Of a DNA stretch of 64,000 bases, positions 37,334 through 46,176 are shown in pieces (the stretch's first letter is position 1; each line of letters starts with the position of its first letter). The stretch covers positions 31,931 through 95,930 of the forward strand of contig JAWLHR010000012.1 of assembly GCA_041690295.1 (NCBI GenBank), given 5' to 3'. This DNA is from Bdellovibrionales bacterium (GTDB taxonomy: Bacteria > Bdellovibrionota > Bdellovibrionia > Bdellovibrionales > UBA1609). Both the position numbers and the translations under genes were made by a program. The notes below the pieces were generated by a model. The model searched no databases and had not been told where the DNA came from. It saw only the letters and a program-made list of their open reading frames with translations.

Positions 37334-38491
37334 ATGAGTGCGGAGCGACCAGCGTTAACGGTCCTAAGTGAAGATGAAATCGCCTTTCGCAACGCCATAC
37401 GGGAATTCTCGGAAGGTGAAATCCGACCCCTCGTTACGAAAATGGATGAAGAAGCCACCTTGGATCCCGGGTTGATCAAAAAATTCTTCGAAATGGGTCT
37501 GATGGCCATCGAAACCCCCGAGCAATACGGCGGCACGGGATTAAGCTTTATGACCGCCTGCCTGGCGATCGAAGAAATCTCCCGCGTGGACGCCTCCGCC
37601 AGTTTGATCGTTGACGTGCAAAACACATTGGTGACCAATGCCCTTCTCCGATGGGCGAACGAAGACCAGAAAAAACGTTACCTGCCCAAAATGGCCACCG
37701 ATACCGTCGCGGCTTATGCGCTCTCCGAGAGTGCCAGCGGCTCGGACGCATTCGCCATGCGCTTAAAAGCCGAAGATAAAGGTGATCACTACATCTTGAA
37801 TGGTCACAAACTTTGGATCACCAGCGCCCATGAAGCCGGACTCTTTTTGGTTTTCGCCAACACGGATTTTAGCAAAGGGTATAAAGGCATCACCGCTTTC
37901 TTGGTCGAGCGTAACTTCCCGGGATTCAAAGTCGGAAAGAAAGAAGACAAGCTCGGCATCCGCGCCTCCAGCACCTGCGAGCTGCTTTTTGAAAATTGCA
38001 AGGTACCGAAAGAAAACGTCGTGGGTGAAGTCGGCAAAGGTTATAAAATCGCCATTGAAACTCTCAACGAAGGGCGCATCGGCATCGGCGCGCAAATGGT
38101 GGGAATTTCTCAGGGCGCCTACGAGGCGACTCGCGAGTACATCAAGCAACGGGAACAATTCGGAAAACCCATCGCCCAGTTCCAAGGCGTCCAGTTCCAA
38201 TTGGCCGAAATGCGTTGCTTGCTCGAAACTTCGCGCCTCTTGGTATATAACGCCGCTCGGTTGAAAGACGCCAAGCAGCCCTTCGTCGAAGAAGCGGCGA
38301 TCGCGAAACTCACCGCTTCCAGGAATGCGGAACGCATTTGCTCGATGGCCGTTGATCTTTTTGGCGGAAACGGTTTCACCAAAGAGTATCCGGTTGAAAA
38401 ATTCTTCCGCGACGCGAAGATCGGCCAGATCTACGAAGGCACGAGCAATATGCAGCTACAAACCATCGCCAAGCTTGAGCTTGGCGGGTAA
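37334..38491 (+). CDS. Acyl-CoA dehydrogenase (short/branched-chain type)
   Basis: [42 protein letters not shown]. Confidence 0.95.
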   Translation: MSAERPALTVLSEDEIAFRNAIREFSEGEIRPLVTKMDEEATLDPGLIKKFFEMGLMAIETPEQYGGTGLSFMTACLAIEEISRVDASASLIVDVQNTLVTNALLRWANEDQKKRYLPKMATDTVAAYALSESASGSDAFAMRLKAEDKGDHYILNGHKLWITSAHEAGLFLVFANTDFSKGYKGITAFLVERNFPGFKVGKKEDKLGIRASSTCELLFENCKVPKENVVGEVGKGYKIAIETLNEGRIGIGAQMVGISQGAYEATREYIKQREQFGKPIAQFQGVQFQLAEMRCLLETSRLLVYNAARLKDAKQPFVEEAAIAKLTASRNAERICSMAVDLFGGNGFTKEYPVEKFFRDAKIGQIYEGTSNMQLQTIAKLELGG

Positions 38492-38503
38492 GAGTCGATC
38501 AGA

Positions 38504-39529
38504 TCACCGGATCACGAACCATAAGTCATACATGAGCCGAAGTTCGCCGTTTCTGAAGCGAACGACGGACTTGTATTTCACTTCATTTCCATACCGGTCA
38601 ATTTCCGAAAAGTTGTGATCGTATTCCAAATCAAGCGCTTCGATACCCAGATAGGAAAGGGACATCAACTCTCCGGGTCCCGCGATCCCGTTCAAATCAC
38701 GATCGACCCATAAACTAAGCTGTTTATAAACCGGATCCTTACGGTCGATCACATTGTCACCGTCGTCATACTTGGCGAGTGCAAGGAAGCCGTTCTCGGC
38801 GAACTTCCCATCGGGTCCTAGAGTGTTGTCGCCGAAGAGTTCATTAATGCCGTTCACTTCACCGTTGGCGTTGGGAAGCACAAGCATGGCCATGGCGGAA
38901 TCTTTAAACCAGCTGATTCGTTTCTTCGCGTGCGGGTACGGGGTTGAATTGAGTCCCAAGATATCAAATAAGACGCCGTTTTCCGGCGCGGTTAACTCAA
39001 AACTTTTGTTATCCGTGCGCAAATCCACGAACAAAGGTGATGCCCGCGTGTCACAGTTCTCATAAAGCGTGGGATCCGGCACAAGCCCCTTGGTATTGTC
39101 GGCATAAACCACGTTTCTTCCTTCGATAAGACTGTGCCCCAATTCATTGGTGAGATTGAGGGTCACATCGCCATCAAAGGTCCCTTCACAAAGCACGGTT
39201 AAATCCAACATTCCCGCATCAATCATCTGTCTGAGAGTGGCCGTGTCCGTGTTGTCACAAATGACCGTGCCGTCTTTTCTTACGACCAGTTTCAATTCAT
39301 TCGACAGGACCACTGGGGTTTTGTCTCGGGTCATCGAGTCGGAACAGTAACGCCACAATTGAATTTCGTTATTCGACACCTGAAATCCGAACCCGAAGCT
39401 ATCGTCTGATGGATTGCTGAGAATGGAGTAAAATGCCAGAACACTTGATTTGTCGGATTTGAATTTACCGCTGAAGCAACCTGTGATGAACAAGGCGCAA
39501 AAAATCAAAAGAGTCCGTCGGACCATCAT
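38504..39529 (-). CDS. Lipoprotein with C-terminal FrpC self-processing-module-like Ca-binding domain (paralogue 1)
   Basis: ITGC lipobox; SPLFVDL…ELFGDNTLGPDGKFAENGFLALAKYD…WVDRDLNGIAGPGEL. Confidence 0.8.
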   Translation of the reverse strand: MMVRRTLLIFCALFITGCFSGKFKSDKSSVLAFYSILSNPSDDSFGFGFQVSNNEIQLWRYCSDSMTRDKTPVVLSNELKLVVRKDGTVICDNTDTATLRQMIDAGMLDLTVLCEGTFDGDVTLNLTNELGHSLIEGRNVVYADNTKGLVPDPTLYENCDTRASPLFVDLRTDNKSFELTAPENGVLFDILGLNSTPYPHAKKRISWFKDSAMAMLVLPNANGEVNGINELFGDNTLGPDGKFAENGFLALAKYDDGDNVIDRKDPVYKQLSLWVDRDLNGIAGPGELMSLSYLGIEALDLEYDHNFSEIDRYGNEVKYKSVVRFRNGELRLMYDLWFVIR

Positions 39530-39617
39530 TCCCCCTAAATAAAATGGAAAACCCTATCGAATGAGCCTATAAGCAATGATCAAGCCTGCTTAAACCGTGT
39601 TAAGATGGTATACCGAT

Positions 39618-39651
39618 GGCTCAAAGTTCAACACTTGTCGAAATTGGAGAC
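39618..39651. promoter_or_regulatory. Two tandem degenerate GTCTCA-N3-TGAGAC-like sites
   Basis: GGCTCAAAGTTCAAC (39618-39632) and GTCGAAATTGGAGAC (39637-39651). Confidence 0.3.
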
Positions 39652-39679
39652 AGTGAACGTGGGTGTTTTGAATGATCTT

Positions 39680-40870
39680 GTGAAAATTTTTGGAATCGTC
39701 GCGTGCATAATATTGACTCCAGCACACGCGTTCCTCACCGACTCTCAATATCATGTGGCCACGGAGCCGGAACATTTACTGCTCGATTCGTACACTCATT
39801 GGGATTCCGAAGCGGACAGTGATTTTTTTACCTATCAACGGCCGATTGAATGGGACGGGCTTTGGTATCGCGGAACACGGGTATTTGACTTGTCAGTGGG
39901 AAGCATTTCGAGCAAACAGTTCCTCTATTATCAACGGCTTAAACTTCACCATGGGCTTAGCGAATCTGTCGAGTTTCGCCTTCATTGGCTGCAGGAGCGG
40001 GATTTTGAAGAGGATCGCATCGCCATGCCTCTTGAACTTCGCTTTCGACTAAGTGAGCGCTGGTTTCTTTCAGTCCTTGGCCAACCTTCTTTATATAAAT
40101 CCGAGGATGATGTGGGATTCGCGGTGGCGTTTCGACCCTCCGATGAAAGAGAAATTCAGATCACCGGAATCTGGGGCGATTTTCAGCGAAACATCCGAAA
40201 CCTTGATACCGACGAATGGGGTCAGGCCCCGCAAGCATGGACGCTCACTTCAACCGACCTATCGTCCGAGGCCGGCCCTTCGGACTTTCGCCGCTTCGAG
40301 TATCATATTGAGCCGAAATCCATTCGCACGCAAAACGGTGTCCCTGTCACCTCGCTGAGTTATCAGTCACTTTACCTCAGTGGGTTCAAAACTCGAAAAA
40401 ACGGACACACATTGGGCTACCGGATCTTCGCGGATCGCGCTTTTCATGACGATCACGTAAATACACTTGTTCGGCTGCGCCATCGCTCCATCCTACAAGC
40501 GGAATACGGCTCGCGAATCGGACCCCATATGTTCCGCCCAGGATTCACCTTCACTTACCGCGAAAACCGCATCAATCAGCACCAGGAGATTCATCGTGCG
40601 GTTTTGCCTTACTTCTGGTTCGAGTTTCCCACCCGAAGTAAAAACTTCGGCATTTCCACTTGGTCCGTTGGTTATGACGCCACCGTCTTCGACCGGGATT
40701 CCACTTTGAAGTCGGATGATCGCGCGCTCGAGCACAGACTTAACTTAAAATCCTCGTTGAAGTTCTCGAAGGCCGGAGAACTGGCGTTTCTTTTCACCTT
40801 CGATCTTGACCGCTTCGGAAGCGGAGAAACCTGGGAAGGCGGCGCCGGACAGTTCCGGCTCGATTTCTAA
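39680..40870 (+). CDS. Putative outer-membrane beta-barrel protein
   Basis: GTG start gives signal peptide MKIFGIVACIILTPAHA (alternative start 39605); amphipathic strands; C-terminal QFRLDF. Confidence 0.65.
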   Translation: MKIFGIVACIILTPAHAFLTDSQYHVATEPEHLLLDSYTHWDSEADSDFFTYQRPIEWDGLWYRGTRVFDLSVGSISSKQFLYYQRLKLHHGLSESVEFRLHWLQERDFEEDRIAMPLELRFRLSERWFLSVLGQPSLYKSEDDVGFAVAFRPSDEREIQITGIWGDFQRNIRNLDTDEWGQAPQAWTLTSTDLSSEAGPSDFRRFEYHIEPKSIRTQNGVPVTSLSYQSLYLSGFKTRKNGHTLGYRIFADRAFHDDHVNTLVRLRHRSILQAEYGSRIGPHMFRPGFTFTYRENRINQHQEIHRAVLPYFWFEFPTRSKNFGISTWSVGYDATVFDRDSTLKSDDRALEHRLNLKSSLKFSKAGELAFLFTFDLDRFGSGETWEGGAGQFRLDF

Positions 40871-40885
40871 ATCTCATTTAGAGAC
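40871..40885. promoter_or_regulatory. GTCTCA-N3-TGAGAC-like site
   Basis: ATCTCATTTAGAGAC upstream of an FQNC lipoprotein gene. Confidence 0.4.
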
Positions 40886-41008
40886 AAACTGTTTTTCAGA
40901 TAGGCAGCCGTCGAACTTCTTTGCGCCGGCATCAACCTGACTGATTACCAACGGGCCCACGGCTTGCTTTATCAATATATTGGGACTGGGTGAATCAAGG
41001 GGTAAGAG

Positions 41009-41770
41009 ATGTTCAAAATCAAACACAACTTATGGTTGATCATCGCGGTTTTCGTCACACTTGGGTTCTTCCAGAACTGCGCTCCCAGTCGAGTCAACAC
41101 GACTTCGAACACCTCATCACATAAAGAAGGTGGTTTATTAAACTCAGGTAACGGCACCGGTTATGGCGGAAAGGTTTATGTGTCCATTTTGCCCGACGGT
41201 GAAACCTGCCCCGACGGCTCCAACATCAAGACCCGTTTGGTGACTCAATCCGAGACGATTGGTTATTTTGATCGCAAACTTTGCGCACCGATTCTTCCGG
41301 AGCCCGTCGATCTCTCCAGCGTCGTCCACTATTACAGTGATGAGCCTGGAAATTCATATGACTATTTGGTCTTCAATAATGAAGTGCTCTCCAATGCGGA
41401 TACGGTCGAAGATATTCCACCCACCAACGGCTCGACACCTCCTCCTTCGCCTCCGCTCCCCCAGACCGCCATTGGATATGAATGCACGGGTTTTGAAACC
41501 GGAATCACCCGCATCAGCGTGATCGAAACTGACGGCAATTACACGATTCGCTTCCAAGAAACACCGATCCTCATCGGTCAGCCGATCTCCTTGGAATTCG
41601 CCACCTCGAAAGTTAATGATAACCCACTCACCTTCGGACAGATCGGCGCCAATGGCTTAGGCCATCAACTGACGATCATGCCGACATTGGTCAGTGGTTC
41701 CTTCATTTACAACGACGGAACGATCGTTCGAAACATCACCGAAATGGTGTGTATCGGTGCAGTACGATAA
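41009..41770 (+). CDS. Hypothetical FQNC-type lipoprotein
   Basis: FFQNC leader, GNGTGYGGK motif, Pro-rich linker, paired Cys residues. Confidence 0.75.
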   Translation: MFKIKHNLWLIIAVFVTLGFFQNCAPSRVNTTSNTSSHKEGGLLNSGNGTGYGGKVYVSILPDGETCPDGSNIKTRLVTQSETIGYFDRKLCAPILPEPVDLSSVVHYYSDEPGNSYDYLVFNNEVLSNADTVEDIPPTNGSTPPPSPPLPQTAIGYECTGFETGITRISVIETDGNYTIRFQETPILIGQPISLEFATSKVNDNPLTFGQIGANGLGHQLTIMPTLVSGSFIYNDGTIVRNITEMVCIGAVR

Positions 41771-43205
41771 GTTAATCGAAAATTGCGAATCGGCGCTTCG
41801 CTCCGGCCAAGGTCGCTTGGCCGCCGAGCTTTTGAGCCACTTGCGGATCAATGAGATTCCACGCTCCTATCGACTGAGCCTCGCCAATTTGTGCCGTCGC
41901 GCCGGCCTTCTCAATCAGGGATTACGAATTCTAACGCCTATCCTTTATCCTGAGCTCAAAGGAATTCAGGCTCCTGCAAGCGACATGGAGAAGGCTGAAT
42001 ACGCCGTTTTGCTTGAAAGATCCGGCGCCGTTCGTGAAGCCCTTGGATTTTTGAAGGACCTGGACTCCACCAAGGCTCCTGAAATTTTGCTTTACCGGGC
42101 GTTTTGCCATTTTAAGTCCTGGAATTACGGCTCTTCAATTCCCGACCTCCAAAAGTTTATTCAGCTGATCGAGGACCCTTATCAACGGTTGGTGGGACAG
42201 GTGAATCTGGCCGCGGCGTTCGTGGCTGAATCCCGCGCCCAGGAATCGCGGGAACTCCTTGCGGAGATAAAACGCACCGGGAAAGCCCAGGGGTATATGC
42301 GACTCGTGGCCAACAGCCTCGAGCTCCTGGCGCAGTTACAGATTTCGCTGAGGAAACTCGATCAAGCCAAAGCCGCACTCAATGAAGCGGCTGAAATTTT
42401 CGCCAATGACCAAACCACCGACCGGTTCTTTGTGCGCAAATGGCAGCTCGTGGTGGAAGCTCTGGAAACGCATCAAATTGAGCCGCTGAACCGGCTTCGC
42501 CAGAAGGCCCGCGATATGCGTGAATGGGAGACTTTGCGCGAAGCGGATCTTGTTGAACTAAAAATCCAAACTTCGGAAGAACTCCTAGCAAAACTCTATT
42601 TTGGAACTCCGTTTGCCGACTACAAAGCCCGGATTGAGCGAAGCATTGGGCGCCGACCTTTAGCTGATGAGTACTTATTCGGAGATCCTCGCGGACCTGT
42701 CTTTGACACGGAAACGGGAACCTTTTCGGGAAATAGCTTTTCGAAGCCGGGACATCTGGTCCATAAAGTCCTATCCGCTTTGACTCGTGATCTTTATCGC
42801 CCGCTTCGCATCGGCGGCCTGTTCGCCGAGCTTTTTCCCGATGAGCATTTCAATGTGTTTTCCTCGCCCAATCGGGTTCACCAATTGCTTCATCGCACCC
42901 GCGATTGGTTGGCTCAAAACGAGATTCCCGCTCGAATTCAGGCTCAAGAAGGACAGTATGCACTGGCCGTTGAAGGCCCCGTTGCTTTCAAGATTTCAAA
43001 TTCCACCGCCGTTGATCGCTGGTCACCCCTGATCGCCCGGCTGAAATCCGAGCTTCGGGGTGCGAGCGAATTCACGAGTCAAGATTTGCGCAAGCATCTC
43101 GGCCTCAGCCGCTCCTCCGCCACCCGCTTTCTTCGCTGGGCCATCGAATCCGGCCACGCCACCCGCTACGGCCAAAACAATTTCACGAGTTATCGATTCT
43201 CATAA
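41757..43205 (+). CDS. TPR-repeat protein with C-terminal (winged) HTH, putative transcriptional regulator
   Basis: Helical TPR-like N-half; C-terminal FTSQDLRKHLGLSRSSATRFLRWAIESG; GTG start at 41757 inferred. Confidence 0.7.
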   Translation: MQYDKLIENCESALRSGQGRLAAELLSHLRINEIPRSYRLSLANLCRRAGLLNQGLRILTPILYPELKGIQAPASDMEKAEYAVLLERSGAVREALGFLKDLDSTKAPEILLYRAFCHFKSWNYGSSIPDLQKFIQLIEDPYQRLVGQVNLAAAFVAESRAQESRELLAEIKRTGKAQGYMRLVANSLELLAQLQISLRKLDQAKAALNEAAEIFANDQTTDRFFVRKWQLVVEALETHQIEPLNRLRQKARDMREWETLREADLVELKIQTSEELLAKLYFGTPFADYKARIERSIGRRPLADEYLFGDPRGPVFDTETGTFSGNSFSKPGHLVHKVLSALTRDLYRPLRIGGLFAELFPDEHFNVFSSPNRVHQLLHRTRDWLAQNEIPARIQAQEGQYALAVEGPVAFKISNSTAVDRWSPLIARLKSELRGASEFTSQDLRKHLGLSRSSATRFLRWAIESGHATRYGQNNFTSYRFS

Positions 43206-43235
43206 AAAAAAACGCGGCGGGTGGGGCCCGCCGCG
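43204..43235 (-). terminator. Rho-independent terminator of the 43259-44473 gene
   Basis: CGCGGCGGG…CCCGCCGCG stem followed by a T9 run on the minus strand. Confidence 0.85.
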
Positions 43236-43258
43236 CTCATGTGGGTTTGGGTGGGTTT

Positions 43259-44473
43259 TTAGTCTGCTATTAAGAACCAAAGATCATACATCAATTTGGC
43301 TTCACCGTTGGTGAAGTTAACGACCGACTTGTATCTCACTTCGTTGCCGTACCGGTCGATCTCACGATAGTTGGCATCATACTCGAGCTCCAGGGATTCG
43401 ATGCCCATGTAGGAGAGGGACACCAATTCTCCAGGGCCAGCGATACCGTTCAAGTCATGGTCGATCCACAAGCTCAGTTTGCGATAAACGGAGTCCTGAG
43501 CGTCGATGACACCATCCATGTTCTCGTCGTGCTTGGCGAGTGCCGCGAAGCCATGGGGTGCGAACTTTCCGTCGGGACCAAGCGTGTTATCACCAAAGAG
43601 TTCGTTAATGCCATGGACCTGGCCACGAGCATTCGGCAGAGCCAACATGGCCATGCTTGAGTCTTTGAACCAGCTGATTCGTTTTTTAGTATAAGGTACC
43701 GGCTTCGCATTCAATCCCTGGATGTCGAACAAAACGCCGTTCTCGGGAGCGGTCAACTGGAACCCGACGGTTGAATCACGTCGTAAGTCGACGAACAAGG
43801 GAGAAGATCGATTGTCACAATTCTCATAAACGCTCGAATCGGTCGCCAATCCGGAGCCATTGTCCGCGTAAAGGACGCTTTTTCCTCCCGCGAGCTCCTG
43901 TCCTTTTTCATTGAGAATTGACAGAATCATTTTACCGGAGAGCGACTTTCCGCAAAGGCTGGGAATATCGAAAGTACCAGCATTGATCATGGAGCGAATC
44001 TTGGCCGAATCCGAGCTTTGGCAAACTTTGACGCCGTCCTGAGTGAGCGAAAGGAGAAATGTGATTGAGGTGATCACCGGTGAAATATTTCTCCGAATCG
44101 TTTGCGCATCCGAGCAGGTTCTGACGATCCGGATGCGATTATTTTCAACTTGAACGTACTTACTGTCTTCGATGATTTGATTGATATCGATATTCAAATT
44201 GAGACCAGGGACATTGAGATTAGGAAAGTTAGGGACTTGGCCATTGGTAATCGCACCGGCACCAGGAAGTCCTAATAGCGGGTTTTGGCCTTGATTAATT
44301 TGGCCATTGGCATTCGAGCCACCGCCTTCCTGGTAAATCTGCCCCGAGGCGTTGTCACCGAAAACCGATGAAGACGCCAAAACCTGGGACCGATTGGTCC
44401 GAAACTGCGCTTTGCTGCACGCGCTCATGATGAATGCCGTTCCAATCATCGTAAGGATCGTTGCTTTGTTCAT
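43259..44473 (-). CDS. Lipoprotein with C-terminal FrpC self-processing-module-like Ca-binding domain (paralogue 2)
   Basis: MSAC lipobox; N/Q/G-rich linker; SPLFVDL…ELFGDNTLGPDGKFAPHGFAALAKHDENMDGVIDAQD. Confidence 0.8.
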   Translation of the reverse strand: MNKATILTMIGTAFIMSACSKAQFRTNRSQVLASSSVFGDNASGQIYQEGGGSNANGQINQGQNPLLGLPGAGAITNGQVPNFPNLNVPGLNLNIDINQIIEDSKYVQVENNRIRIVRTCSDAQTIRRNISPVITSITFLLSLTQDGVKVCQSSDSAKIRSMINAGTFDIPSLCGKSLSGKMILSILNEKGQELAGGKSVLYADNGSGLATDSSVYENCDNRSSPLFVDLRRDSTVGFQLTAPENGVLFDIQGLNAKPVPYTKKRISWFKDSSMAMLALPNARGQVHGINELFGDNTLGPDGKFAPHGFAALAKHDENMDGVIDAQDSVYRKLSLWIDHDLNGIAGPGELVSLSYMGIESLELEYDANYREIDRYGNEVRYKSVVNFTNGEAKLMYDLWFLIAD

Positions 44474-44547
44474 GGCTCATCCCCCTGTGCTCAATCTCAG
44501 AATGCCTTCAAGCAACGATAAACTCGACTTACATTTTTGAACCGGTC

Positions 44548-44562
44548 GTCTCGATTTGAGAC
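44548..44562. promoter_or_regulatory. Near-perfect palindrome GTCTCG-ATT-TGAGAC
   Basis: Seen directly in the divergent intergenic region. Confidence 0.5.
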
Positions 44563-44611
44563 GCGCTCTTCTTGCTTTTAACCGCGCTCCCACGATAGAC
44601 ACTTATAAAAG

Positions 44612-45331
44612 ATGCAAAACCTGGAGTATAAAACCGCAGACCATCAATTTCGCAGTCGCGACGAGTACGCCAATGCGAAATATGACATCACCTCCACGTG
44701 GCTCGCCCCATTCCTGGCGGCCGGTCGATTAACTGTGGCCAACGTGGGATGTGGGGGTGGAGAATATAACCACAGATTGGCGGCCTTCGAGGTCAATGTC
44801 GTTGCCTGTGAACCAGAACCAAAAGCCTTCGCGTTGGCCTATGAGTCCGCCAAAACATCTGACCGGATTCGAGTCGAAAACTACGGGCTTGAGAAATTCG
44901 CGGAAGAACATGGACCTTTTGATGTCTTGGTCATGCATGACGTGCTCGAACATATCGAAGACGAAGCCTATGCCGTGGATTGTGTGGCGAAGCTCATCAG
45001 ACCAGGCGGTCAAGCGGTGATCAGCGTACCCGCTTACCAATGGTTATTTGGTTATCATGACGTTCAACTCGGGCATTACCGTCGCTACACGCGAACCCGA
45101 CTCATGGATTTGTTTAAGCCAAGTTTCGAGATTTTAAATGCCCGTTACTACGGGTCCCTTTTCATTCCGGTAACCTTGATTTTTTCGAAGTGGATGCAAA
45201 AGCCCTATCCTATCGGCGAGGTCACGGCAAATAAATGGAAACAGCGGGTATTCAGAACAGCCTGCCAATTCCAAAGACTTTTACCGGAGCCGATCGGGAC
45301 CTCCGTACTGATCCATCTGCAAAAACGCTAG
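44612..45331 (+). CDS. Class I SAM-dependent methyltransferase
   Basis: NVGCGGG, DVLEHI, SVPAYQWLFGYHDVQLGHYRRY. Confidence 0.9.
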   Translation: MQNLEYKTADHQFRSRDEYANAKYDITSTWLAPFLAAGRLTVANVGCGGGEYNHRLAAFEVNVVACEPEPKAFALAYESAKTSDRIRVENYGLEKFAEEHGPFDVLVMHDVLEHIEDEAYAVDCVAKLIRPGGQAVISVPAYQWLFGYHDVQLGHYRRYTRTRLMDLFKPSFEILNARYYGSLFIPVTLIFSKWMQKPYPIGEVTANKWKQRVFRTACQFQRLLPEPIGTSVLIHLQKR

Positions 45332-46176
45332 GGCCTCGTACCACCGTCTTTTCGTACGACCCGGCGATAGGCAAAAAGATCTGAACGACTGATCTCTGGT
45401 AAACCAGTGAGATTTTCGTAATCATCCCACACAGCACTTAAGCAACGGCCGAACAAACCCTCGGATCTGGATGACATAAGGTATTCCACGAGTTTCGCTG
45501 CTTTTTCCGGCGATTCCCCGCCTTGCTCCCGCTGCTTAAGACTTTTCTCGTAAAAGGCGCGCCCCACTTTTTCAGGACCAGCCGTAAGCAAGTCATCCAA
45601 AAATTTAGTGTTCACCGCTCCCGGCGCAATGGAGTTCATGAAAATCCCATGCTCCGAAAGTTCCGCCGCGACGGTTTCGGTGAAACGCCAGATTCCGCCT
45701 TTGGCGGTCACATAGGGAGCAAAGTTCGGCATCGTGGCTTGCCCGCCGCCCGAGAATAGGACGATTCGGCCGCCCCCCGCCTGAGCCATCTTCCTAGCAA
45801 AAACATGGACCGTTCGAACCACTCCCGTAAGATTAATGTCTAGAGCGTCCATCCATTTTTCAATGTCACTCTCTAAAAAAGGACCAATTTCTCCATAGAC
45901 GCCAGCCGCCGCTACTAACCCATGAATGGCACCCAATTCGGACTCCACTGAGTCCGCGAAATTTTTGACCGACTCCAAACTTCGCACATCACAAGTCAAA
46001 GCAAGATGAGGACCGTTCCCTTGGGCATTGATCGATGCTAAAGCTCGATCCAAATCCGAGATAGTGCGTGCTCCTATGGCGACACGAGCACCCATTTTCG
46101 AAAGGTGTTCAGCGATGGCAAGCCCGATTCCCCGACCACCACCCGTAATCGCAATAACCTTATTCTTTAATTCCAC
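45328..46176 (-). CDS. SDR-family NAD(P)-dependent oxidoreductase
   Basis: TGGGRGIG, YVTAK (YxxxK), IAPG; start at 46176 (GTG) or 46188. Confidence 0.92.
   Translation of the reverse strand: MELKNKVIAITGGGRGIGLAIAEHLSKMGARVAIGARTISDLDRALASINAQGNGPHLALTCDVRSLESVKNFADSVESELGAIHGLVAAAGVYGEIGPFLESDIEKWMDALDINLTGVVRTVHVFARKMAQAGGGRIVLFSGGGQATMPNFAPYVTAKGGIWRFTETVAAELSEHGIFMNSIAPGAVNTKFLDDLLTAGPEKVGRAFYEKSLKQREQGGESPEKAAKLVEYLMSSRSEGLFGRCLSAVWDDYENLTGLPEISRSDLFAYRRVVRKDGGTRP

Noticed and set aside
37282..37638. Apparent N-terminal extension of the B12-binding protein (247-aa ORF)
   Set aside because: Overlaps the acyl-CoA dehydrogenase on the opposite strand; homology starts at MQTPIRV (37281).
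38504..44473. Paralogue pair as a DGR template/variable repeat or an invertible cassette
   Set aside because: Both are intact ORFs in the same orientation, divergence appears largely synonymous rather than adenine-specific, and no reverse transcriptase or recombinase is nearby.
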